A stretch of 64,000 nucleotides of DNA from Neophaeotheca triangularis (lineage: Eukaryota), in contig BAAIJX010000033.1 in the NCBI GenBank assembly GCA_054600435.1, positions 1 through 64,000 of the forward strand, given 5' to 3'. The position numbers and the translations under genes are program-made. Below the pieces are notes generated by a model. That model worked only from the letters and a program-made list of their open reading frames with translations. It was not told the DNA's origin and searched no databases. Positions 21,204 through 31,234 of the stretch are shown here, one piece after another; within the stretch, counting starts at the first letter, position 1, and every line of letters begins with the position of its first letter.

Positions 21204-24200
21204 ATGGCGTTGAACGCCGCTTCTCACAATATCCCTGGCGAGAAAACGGGCCCGGCGACTGGCCAGCCCCCACCACCCTCGGACGACACTAAGGCTGCAC
21301 TGCTCGATTCCGCAAAAGGCGACGCCGAGGGCCACAATGCGCCAGGCAAAGATGGAGGCGAAAAGGGTGGGGAGAAGAAGGAGAAGAGTGAACGTGAGCT
21401 AGCCAAGGAGCGACAGAAGGCCGAGAAGGCTGCTAAGCTTGCTGCCAAACAGGAGAAGCAAAAAGCTATGCAAGCGGCGTCGAAGCCCAAGGAGGGCAAG
21501 GAGAAGAAGAAGCAGGAGAAGCTTCCGCCGTACAAGGAAGAGACGCCGAAGGGTGAAAAGAAGATACTCAAAAGCCTCGACGACGAGTATCACAAAGCCT
21601 ACATCCCCAGCGTTGTCGAGAGCGCCTGGTATGACTGGTGGGAGAAGGAGGGCTACCATCATCCCGAGTTTGCGAAGGATGGCAATGTAAAGGATGCTGG
21701 CTATTACGTGATCTCAATTCCACCCCCAAACGTCACAGGTGCACTACACATTGGTCACGCGCTCGCGACAAGTCTGCAGGACGCGCTGATCAGATGGAAT
21801 CGCATGAAAGGCAAGACTGTGCTCTACGTTCCAGGTTGCGATCATGCCGGCATCAGTACGCAGTCTGTCGTGGAGAATATGCTCTACAACCGCCGCAATG
21901 GCATGACACGTCACGATCTCGGCCGAGAGAAGTTCGTCAGCACGGTCTGGGAGTGGAAAGAGGAGTACCACCAGAAAATTAACGCTGTGCTCAAACGCCT
22001 CGGTGGATCTATGGATTGGTCGAGGGAGGCTTTCACGATGGATGAGAACCTGTCAGCGGCAGTGCGAAGCACTTTTGTGCAGATGCATGACGAAGGCCTT
22101 ATTTACAGAGCGAACAGACTGGTCAACTGGTGTTGCAAGCTCACGACCGCGCTCTCGAACCTGGAGGTCGACCAAAAGGAGCTCACTGGCTCGACCAAGG
22201 TTGACGTGCCCGGCTACGACAAGAAGATCGAGTTCGGCTGCATCTGGAACTTCAAGTACCCTGTAGAAGGCAGCGACGAGACTATTGAAGTGGCCACCAC
22301 TCGACCGGAGACCATGCTCGGAGATACTGGTGTTGCTGTTCACCCCGAGGACGATCGTTACAAGCATCTGCTAGGCAAGAATGTCAAGCATCCCTTTGTT
22401 GACAGACTTCTACCAATTTTCGGAGACGAAACTGTCGAACGCGATTTTGGAACCGGCGCCGTCAAGATCACACCTGCACACGACTTCAACGACTTCAAGC
22501 GCGGAAAGCAGCACAACCTTGAATTCATCAACATCTTGAACGACGACGGCACGATGAATTCGAATGCGGGTCCGTTCGAAGGCCACAAGCGCTTCGACGT
22601 TCGATACACTATCGTCACTGAGTTGGAGAAGAAGGGCCTGTACGTTGGTAAGGCTGACAACCCTATGTCGATTCCTCTCTGCTCGAAATCGAAAGACATC
22701 ATTGAGCCCGTGATGAAGCCCCAGTGGTGGATGCACATGAAGCCGCTCGCCGAGCCAGCCATCGAAGCGGTCAAGAATGGGTCGATCAAGATTCAGCCGC
22801 AAAACGCTGAAAACACCTACTACAGGTGGATGGAGAACATTGACGAATGGTGTTTGTCAAGGCAACTTTGGTGGGGCCACCAGGTACCTGCTTGGTTCGT
22901 GAAGATGAAGGATGGCCCCTCATTCGACACCGACGCCAAATACTGGATCTGCGCGCAGACAGAGGAAGAGGCGAGAAAGCGAGCAGAGGCAAAGTTCCCC
23001 GGAAAGAGCTTCGACCTTGAGCGGGATCCTGACTGCCTGGACACATGGTTCTCAAGTGGACTGTGGCCATTCTCGACTCTCGGCTGGCCCAACAAGACGA
23101 ACGACTTGGAAAAGCTCTATCCAACTTCCACACTTGAAACAGGATGGGACATTCTCTTCTTCTGGGTCGCCCGCATGATCATGTTTGGCCTCAAGATGAC
23201 CGGCAAGATACCGTTTGAGGAAGTATACTGCCATTCTCTGATCCGAGACTCCGAGGGTCGCAAGATGTCGAAGTCTCTCGGTAACGTGATAGATCCCAAT
23301 GATATCATGGACGGTATCACTCTCGATCAGCTCGTCGAAAAACTTAAGGCTGGCAACCTGGCAGCGAAGGAAGTTGATCGAGCAGCCAAATGGCAGCGCT
23401 CGGCTTTCCCTGATGGTATTGACGAGTGCGGAGCGGACGCTCTACGCTTCTCCCTCATCAACTACACCACAGGCGGTGGCGACATCAACTTCGACGTCAA
23501 GGTCATGCGGAGCTACCGTAACTTCTGCAACAAGATCTATCAGGCCACCAAATACGTGCTCGGCAACCTCCCAGCGGACTATCAGCCACCCGCCGAGGGC
23601 GGCAAGACCGGCAAGGAGAGCCTGCCCGAGCGCTGGATTCTGCACAAGCTCACCACCACGGCAAAGGAGGTCAACGAGGCACTTGAGAAGCGTGAATTCT
23701 CGCACAGCACGCAAAGAATCTACGGCTACTGGCTCTACGAGCTGTGCGACGTCTACATCGAAAACAGCAAGGCCATCATTCGCGACGGCTCAGCCGAGGA
23801 GAAGAAGAGCGCTATTGACACTCTGTACACCGCTCTTGATGGCGCGCTAGCAATGATGCACCCGTTTATGCCGTTCCTGACCGAGGAGCTATGGCAACGT
23901 CTGCCAAGAAGGGCTGGTGACGAGACACCCTCCATCGTCAAAGCTGCTTACCCCCAGTACGACGCAAACATGGACGATCCCGACAGCGAGCGCGCCTACG
24001 AGGTTGTCTTGGGCTGCTCAAAGGGTATCCGGAGCCTGTTGCAAGAGTACGCCATCAAGGAAGGCGCTCAAGCGTTCGTGACACCTTTCGATGACTTGGC
24101 CCAAAACACTGCTACCTCCGAGTTCCTGTCAATCAAGTCCCTCGCTGGCAAGCAACTGAACGACCTGACCATCGTCAAGCAAGGCGACTCCGTGCCTGCA

Positions 24201-24470
24201 GGTTGCGCAGCGTACCCTGTTTCCGCATCAGTCGCCGTTTTCGTTCAGCTGAAAGGCGACGTTGACGCTGACAAGGAGGCCGAGAAGGGTAAGAAGAAGA
24301 TGGAAAAGACTGCCGACGCCGTCAAGACACAAGAGACGACGATTAAGGGGCTGGGCGCACAGGTTGGGCAGCAGGTTCGGAACATCGAGCAGGAGAAGCT
24401 CAAGGATTTGCTGAGCGAGCAGCGTGTGTACGAGGAGAGCGTGGCTAGGTTTCAACAGATGAAATTGTAG
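21204..24470 (+). CDS. VAS1: Valyl-tRNA synthetase; AUG form, with a possible CUG-initiated mitochondrial form from 21117
   Basis: PPPNVTGALHIGH, DHAGISTQ, KMSKS, LDTWFSS and a C-terminal coiled coil; 1088 aa. Confidence 0.97.
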   Translation: MALNAASHNIPGEKTGPATGQPPPPSDDTKAALLDSAKGDAEGHNAPGKDGGEKGGEKKEKSERELAKERQKAEKAAKLAAKQEKQKAMQAASKPKEGKEKKKQEKLPPYKEETPKGEKKILKSLDDEYHKAYIPSVVESAWYDWWEKEGYHHPEFAKDGNVKDAGYYVISIPPPNVTGALHIGHALATSLQDALIRWNRMKGKTVLYVPGCDHAGISTQSVVENMLYNRRNGMTRHDLGREKFVSTVWEWKEEYHQKINAVLKRLGGSMDWSREAFTMDENLSAAVRSTFVQMHDEGLIYRANRLVNWCCKLTTALSNLEVDQKELTGSTKVDVPGYDKKIEFGCIWNFKYPVEGSDETIEVATTRPETMLGDTGVAVHPEDDRYKHLLGKNVKHPFVDRLLPIFGDETVERDFGTGAVKITPAHDFNDFKRGKQHNLEFINILNDDGTMNSNAGPFEGHKRFDVRYTIVTELEKKGLYVGKADNPMSIPLCSKSKDIIEPVMKPQWWMHMKPLAEPAIEAVKNGSIKIQPQNAENTYYRWMENIDEWCLSRQLWWGHQVPAWFVKMKDGPSFDTDAKYWICAQTEEEARKRAEAKFPGKSFDLERDPDCLDTWFSSGLWPFSTLGWPNKTNDLEKLYPTSTLETGWDILFFWVARMIMFGLKMTGKIPFEEVYCHSLIRDSEGRKMSKSLGNVIDPNDIMDGITLDQLVEKLKAGNLAAKEVDRAAKWQRSAFPDGIDECGADALRFSLINYTTGGGDINFDVKVMRSYRNFCNKIYQATKYVLGNLPADYQPPAEGGKTGKESLPERWILHKLTTTAKEVNEALEKREFSHSTQRIYGYWLYELCDVYIENSKAIIRDGSAEEKKSAIDTLYTALDGALAMMHPFMPFLTEELWQRLPRRAGDETPSIVKAAYPQYDANMDDPDSERAYEVVLGCSKGIRSLLQEYAIKEGAQAFVTPFDDLAQNTATSEFLSIKSLAGKQLNDLTIVKQGDSVPAGCAAYPVSASVAVFVQLKGDVDADKEAEKGKKKMEKTADAVKTQETTIKGLGAQVGQQVRNIEQEKLKDLLSEQRVYEESVARFQQMKL

Positions 24471-26863
24471 CGTGGCTAGCCTGCAGGTTATCGCGTTGCA
24501 CATTCTGCATCTACCCGTCCTTTGCAGCTAAAAGCATCCCAATAAAATTCAATTTCTATTGTCATATACAACGAATCACACGCCCGTCCTACCTCGGCTC
24601 ATTTGATGTCCATTGCTCCCCATAGTGCCAGGTAAGCTCTGCCCGTCGTCTGTTCTGGCCGGATTCGGCCGCCGCAGCATGCTTGCATGAAGTGCAGGTA
24701 TGCTTGGCTGCCCGTTCGAGCCACCTAAGACCTGATCGAGCGTCGGGGAAGTTTGGCTTGTTGTAACTCAACACCCTGATGTAGGTCATCGGCGATGTGA
24801 GAACGGTCGATGTGCGAGGAGCGACGGGCTCCAACTGCCGGATATGACGGGATGAGATAAGTACGTACAGTATCACTCGAATCGGGCACCTTCGTGCGCG
24901 GTGGTCAGATGTCAGGTCGCGCAGATCACAGGGGTGATAGGGTCGAGGCCAGAGAATTTGCGCCGCGTGAACGCCACGACCATGGGTTCTCAAACACGTT
25001 CAAACCAGGGCCTTTACCTGTCCATCGGATATTCTTTTTGGGGAAAAGGATGGTTTGGGGTTTGCATGGCTGTTTCTCACCCCGGAGAAAATTTGACTCC
25101 AAAGCGGAACGATAACGAAGCTACAGTAGATATATAGCTGGAAGGCCAGGGCACATTTGTTCGCTCCAGACGATTGTCTTCCTGAATGCGCTACTATTTT
25201 GCGAGTATCCGATCCCAAAACGTTGTGCATGGAAGCCAGTGGCGAAGGAAGCCATTTGTTCGCAAAATCGGGAATCGTGAGCTCGACGTTGACAGCGTCG
25301 GCATCTACGGCTCTGCGCCTACGGCATGCATGCAGCCGAAAATGCCAAAGGTACTTGGTCTAGCGTGCAGTGCGTACAGGATGTTGTGGAGGCTGCATCC
25401 TTGCTCGCCAGGTCCCTTGGGCCGATCATCCCTAGATAGCAAAGTCCAATGGGGGAAGATGGGGAGCAATATCCGCTTCTTGGAGGTACACGTTCCGCTT
25501 TGACGGGTGTCCGTACCTCGAGAGGCTGAATGTGTGCCACAGTGCCGGTCTCATGGCGCAGGCTTCTCATGACCACCCTCTCCGTTACGTGAAACGCCGG
25601 GGAGCGACTAGAAGGCTCCAGCTTCGTCGTCTGCCACGATTCCGCATTGGGTACGGGGAAGCATGCCCAACGGCGAGCTGCGTGCCCAGTACAGCAATCG
25701 TTCGGGTGCGGTGCGTTTAGAGCCATTACAGCGTAGCTGCTGCGTAGGTACCCCAGTCACGACCTTCCCTGCAGTATCTCCCTGCATACGCGGGGAACGA
25801 TGCTCGAGCATCTAGAAGACTGTCGATCTTCAACCAGGTACAAGTACAAGTGGCGTTGGATGAAGCGGGGACTTGGCGCGTATACATGTCAACTCTAGGG
25901 TTTTGTTTGGAGCAGCGTTAGGTGTGTGTGTGGTCGAGTTAGGAAGACGGCTGTGGCAAACTGTAAATCGGCCCGGGCAGGGCGGGGCAGGGTGTAACGG
26001 CGGAAGGGGTACAATACATACTAATAATGCCTCCTACAACCTTGTAACTTGTGAGTTAAGCATGGCACCGGTTTGGCGCGACGGGGTTGATGTCCAACGC
26101 TTAAGTTACCCGGGAAGTCTCAAGTCAGCGATAAACGCACGGGCCATCAAAGCACTTTGATCATCTGCGATCCAGATTAAGACAGTAAGGTACTGTACTG
26201 TACCTAGGTCGGGTGTCACACTGGATCGCCTGGCGCCGGGGAAGATGGGAACGCAGCACATACACCTACTAGTACGGCAGGGTCTCGTCGACGTCCTTCG
26301 GCAGAGTAAGATATAAGCGAGTACTCCAATTCACCTCATATACCAAGCTACCGGAACCCCCTGTGGGACTACGCTTCCTCAGTAGTTGTGACTCTTGGCC
26401 AACCTTTCGGATGCGCCGAGAATCCATATGCGGCTGCACAAGACGGGGTTGTTATTAACGACGTCTACCTAGTCAGAAGAAAGATCTTCCAAGGCTGGCA
26501 ATCTATCCTGGCTCGGTGTGCCTCGCTGCGTCTGCAAATCGTCCCTGGAAACCCGCCAGCACGGGAAGCACAGCACAAGACCCACTTTGAGAGCCTCTCC
26601 GAGTGGCAGTTCGCGCAAGCATGCGCAAAGGATCTTCCGGGCAAGGTGCACCAGGTTGCTTGCACACGCGGGGAGCTCCCCCGGCGGCGGCCATTATTCC
26701 ACGACACTCTAGGATCGTACGGCTATTTTGACCGCGATCATGTCTTCTTTGGCTGGTGATTCTCTGACACCACAACGCTCACCGCTCCTGTCAGCCTCAC
26801 GAGGTACGTTGTTCTGGTGCTGGGAAGTGAAATGCCGGGTATATATATCTACTTCCTCCAGCC

Positions 26864-27593
26864 ATGAGCATGAGCAACCAATACCGCCTTCATCTCGACC
26901 TAAAACAATCTCTTCAACTACGACGGGCTTGCTCGAGCAGGCAAAAGCGCATGGTCTCGTCGTTAGTCAATGGCAACGATACCAGCTCCACACGTTCAAA
27001 TGGCAGTAGTCAGGGGTCAGGGTACGCAATCACCATCATTCGGCAGACGTTAAAGCTAACTGGCATTTAGTCGTTGCGAGCATCGAGAGTTGCATGCCTC
27101 GCCTCCTCGCGAAAACGGATTGAGCAACATGGATGCTGCCCGTTCCAACGTCAACGCCGCCGTGTGAGTTGTTCGTGACGACAAAGGTATTCTTCAGTCG
27201 CTAACTCTGTTCACTAGTGACTATCGAGATCGACGTGATGTTTATCCCAAGCACCTTCATGGCGCTTCCTATATGGACGATCTAAGCGATCCAGACACCG
27301 ATCCAGAAGGTTACTACGATTATGTTGCTGCAGCTGGCCCCGTCGAAGCTGGTGACGAGGGGAGCGAACAGGAAGGTGATGTGGACATCGATAAAGGTCT
27401 GCTGGAGAGTGAAGATACCCGAGTGGAAGTGGAGAAACCAGCAAAAGGGCCGAAGCCGCTTTCCGAGACCATGAAGATGTGGATTGCAAGCCAGGAAAGC
27501 CATGAGAAGCTCGTGACTGACCTCACCAGCCCGAAATTCCCACCCAAGCTTGAAGATCGGGACGTTGGTGATCCCTCGCCACCGACTCAGTGA
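26864..27593 (+). CDS. Orphan/hypothetical protein, predicted 3 exons
   Basis: TATA-like tatatata at about 26840. Introns 27022-27070 (GTACGC..GCTAAC..TAG) and 27164-27217 (GTGAGT..GCTAAC..TAG) are both phase 2 and give one continuous ORF into the acidic 27273-27593 ORF. The start is uncertain (26864, 26870 or 26951). Confidence 0.55.
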
Positions 27594-27882
27594 AATGAAC
27601 CGGGCGTTGTAGTCTCTACCTCCACGCCGGTTCCGACGAGGAGTACGCCAACGTACCCGCTGCACATTTCGCCGTCGTCCACGGGCCTCGAATCAGACTG
27701 TGCTTTAGCATTGCACTATGGATACCTCTTCGACTAGGTGTGCCGTCGAACGATACTGCTCGGGGCATGCGATCAGGCCTTTGGTGTCGGATCGCAGCCA
27801 TTCGCTTCGCGATGCTGCGTTTTGCACGGTCATCCCAGGTAGCATCGATATTTCCAATGGTGTATTGTTTCACTGCCATGCT

Positions 27883-28839
27883 TTAGCCATTCGTTGTGGA
27901 TGAAACATTCGTCTTGCTCTTCTCAGCCTCAATTTTCGCTAGCTTGGCTTTCTTCTTCATCTGCGTCTTGCTCAACGGTTGATCCCCCTGAACACTCCTT
28001 TCCCCCTCCTCCTTGCCCAGCACATCAGCCTTCCTCTTTTGTCCTCCAGAGGCCTGCTTCCCTTTGGCCAAGCCAGCCTTCGCGCCGCCGTCTTCTACAG
28101 TCGCTGGAGATGGTTTCTCACCGCCATGCACAACCCTGATGACTCCTCTGTAGCTCGTTCTCTTCAGAGCAGAAGTAACGACAATGCTCCTAGCCTCCTT
28201 GCTCACTGCTTCGTAACCTCTTTCTTGCCCAAGTCCCCAAACAGCGGCTAGATTGACCACGTCCCAAGGTCCTCGCAGTGACACAGCGCCCGTCGCACCG
28301 CTGCTGAGTAGCAAGCCCCTTCCACCCCTCGTGGCTCGTATGATCTGGGTAGCGTTGCTGATCAGATTCCTCCTCGCTTGAGCGTCTCCTAGAACTCCGG
28401 CGGCATAGCAGATTTCGAATCGCTTGCCAGACTTGAGTGCTTCACTCAACATCTTGAATTTGAAGAAGAAGGGGAACCGGAGCGTGAAGTCGAGCGAGAT
28501 GATGTCGCAATCGAGGCTGCTGCAGGCAAGCTGCAGGGTCCGTTCGTCTGTCGGTCTCAGCGCCAGGAGGTCGTACTCTTTCGCCAGCGAGTTCAGCCGG
28601 GCATTTTGCAGGGGTTCTGCCAGAACAATGGTAAGGCGACGCAGGACTTCCAGTTTGGGTGGGAGATCCTTGACCGGCAAAGGGTTCGGAATGGCGCAAG
28701 TGGTGTCGTTGGGCAGCTTTCCGGAGATGGTATGGTTCAAGGCTACGACGTTGTAACCCAGCTCGTGCTCGAATGCCAAGGTTCTGGCAAGATTGGAGTC
28801 GTTCTTGCCATAGGGCAGGTTCAGATCGTAGAAAGTCAT
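27883..28839 (-). CDS. RPP1: RNase P/MRP subunit p30 (Rpp1)
   Basis: MTFYDLNLP, ELGYNVVALN, YDLLALRP, DCDIISLD, RFEICY, LLLSSGA..LRGPWDVVNL. Confidence 0.92.
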   Translation of the reverse strand: MTFYDLNLPYGKNDSNLARTLAFEHELGYNVVALNHTISGKLPNDTTCAIPNPLPVKDLPPKLEVLRRLTIVLAEPLQNARLNSLAKEYDLLALRPTDERTLQLACSSLDCDIISLDFTLRFPFFFKFKMLSEALKSGKRFEICYAAGVLGDAQARRNLISNATQIIRATRGGRGLLLSSGATGAVSLRGPWDVVNLAAVWGLGQERGYEAVSKEARSIVVTSALKRTSYRGVIRVVHGGEKPSPATVEDGGAKAGLAKGKQASGGQKRKADVLGKEEGERSVQGDQPLSKTQMKKKAKLAKIEAEKSKTNVSSTTNG

Positions 28840-29148
28840 ATCTTTTGGTGACGAAGGCGCACCCTTCTCCGGCGTAAAGTGTGATCTGGTGCTGGTGCTG
28901 CCGAGACGAGGCCTCTCATTGTAACATGCCGAGCAAGAACATTGCCAGGCCTTGTTGCATGTCACTTCACCTACTCTTATGCTGACTACGGCGTTGACCC
29001 GATGGGGAAGGCAAGTGACTTTTTTGAGGCTGCGAGCAGCGGGCGAAGTAAGTTGTGTATTTCAAGGCACGACGCCCAACTGTCAGTGGAGCACTTTCAA
29101 TTCTGACAAGGGGAAGCACAGGCCGCCTTTCCAACCCCACTAACCAAA

Positions 29149-29178
29149 CACCACCACCACCACCACCACCACCACCAC
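29149..29178. repeat. (CAC)10 microsatellite between the divergent RPP1 and CK2 alpha genes
   Basis: Perfect trinucleotide run. Confidence 0.9.
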
Positions 29179-29364
29179 TTCTACTCGGCCATCACCAGGC
29201 GCGGAAACGCACAACCCGCTCGCTCGGTATTCGACCAAAACCTCGCAGACACTCGAGCATTTGTTTGCATACCTACCACAGCAGGACTTGGCGCACGCCG
29301 CCCTTTCACCACTTGCGCAGCGCCGTGCGCAGAGAGCCGGCCTTCGAGGCCTTCACGAGCAGAT

Positions 29365-30558
29365 ATGAGTCGAGTCTACGCCAACGTCAACCAGGAGCAG
29401 CCGCGGTCCTACTGGGACTACGATAGCGTTAACATCAGCTGGGGTGTTCTCGAGAACTACGAGGTTGTGCGCAAGATCGGTATGCTTGAAATCACCCCAC
29501 TGCCTGACAGCCTACCTAGCCGACTAGGCGCGTCTGCCGCAAGAGTCAACGGGGAACTTCACACTGTGGAACTTTGTACTGACCAAGATACTATTGCACA
29601 GGCCGTGGAAAATACTCCGAAGTTTTTGAGGGAATCAACATCGTCAACTACCAGAAATGCGTCATCAAGGTCCTCAAGCCGGTGAAGAAGAAGAAGATAA
29701 AGCGCGAGATCAAGATCCTGCAAAACCTTTCCGGTGGCCCTAATATTGTCGGCTTGCTCGATGTCGTGCGCGATAGCCAGTCCAAGACTCCGTCTCTCAT
29801 CTTCGAGCACGTCAACAACACCGACTTCCGCACCCTGTACCCCAAGTTTCAAGACATGGACGTGCGCTACTACATCTACGAGCTGTTGAAGGCGTTGGAT
29901 TATTGTCACAGCAAGGGCATCATGCACCGCGATGTAAAGCCGCACAACGTTATGATCGACCATGATAGCAAGAAGCTGAGGTTGATCGACTGGGGCTTGG
30001 CCGAGTTCTACCATGCGGGCACCGAGTACAACGTGCGCGTTGCTTCGAGATACTTCAAGGGCCCCGAGTTGCTGGTCGATTTCCAAGAGTACGACTACAG
30101 TCTTGACATGTGGAGCCTGGGCGCCATGTTCGCAAGCATGATCTTCCGCAAAGAGCCTTTCTTTCATGGCAACAGCAACTCGGATCAGCTTGTGAAGATC
30201 GCAAAGGTGCTTGGTACGGAAGACCTCTTCGATTACCTCGACAAATACGACATTGAGCTGGACGCCCAGTACGACGACATTCTTGGACGGTTCCCGAAGA
30301 AGAGCTGGTCTACCTTCATCAACACGGACAATCAGCGCTTTGTAAGCAACGATGCTCTCGACTTCCTTGACAAGCTACTTCGCTATGATCATGCGGTACG
30401 TAGACCGAAAAACACATAGTCCTGGAGAAAACTTGCTGACTTTTCCTGTCTAGGAACGCCTGACGGCCAAAGAAGCTATGGCACATCCATACTTCGCACC
30501 TATCAGGCAAGCGGAAGCGACGAAACAGCAGACCAACAGCAATAGCATACACCAATGA
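29365..30558 (+). CDS. CKA1: Casein kinase II catalytic (alpha) subunit, 3 exons
   Basis: [53 protein letters not shown]. Introns 29480-29601 and 30396-30453. Confidence 0.96.
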
Positions 30559-31234
30559 TGACAGTAGCTGACAATGCCCACACCAGACAGCATGAGTGCG
30601 TGGCGGTAGCATCAGTGTCAAGTCGGTCTTCTTCACCTGTCGGACCGGCAGAGGAGGTTTTGGGAGTGCTCAAGCGCCCACTTTCTCCTTCCTGTAACAC
30701 CGGCCGAGGCAGGAAGAGTGTGAGGGTTTCAACGGGGAGCTCGTTTGACCGCAGCTTGTCACGCAGGCGGATGAAGGAATGAGTTCAGAGCTTAGACAAA
30801 ATGACGAAGGGATGGCTCGGTAATGTTGCATTGGCGAGGCGTTGGCGGTGTGCGTTGTGCATATGTTATCCATGGGTGCGTGGTGGGCTGCTCTCGGGCA
30901 TAAAGTAGAGAGCGAGAGAGCAATGAAACTTGATACCCCCAGTTGTTCCACCCTGGCTTTTCGCCGGCCCATGAACACCCTACCCTGTTGTAAGATGCCA
31001 CGATGTATTGAGCCTTGTCACGTGCCAGGCATTTCAGCATCGCTCGGCTTACCTACCCAATTGCTGCGTTAGCGGCGGGTACGGCGGGAGCGCACAGATG
31101 CTCACCTTTAAACATCAAGCCCAGCGACCTCTCAAGTGACCTTCGCCCCGCCTGACACGCTACGCAACTTCGTACCGCGCACTCACTCACTTGCTACTTA
31201 CTCCAGCTGTTCCTACTGAGCAGCAAGAGTGAAG

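Noticed and set aside
24459..24470. VAS1 C-terminal MKL as a PTS1
   Set aside because: Met at position -3 is not an accepted PTS1 residue.
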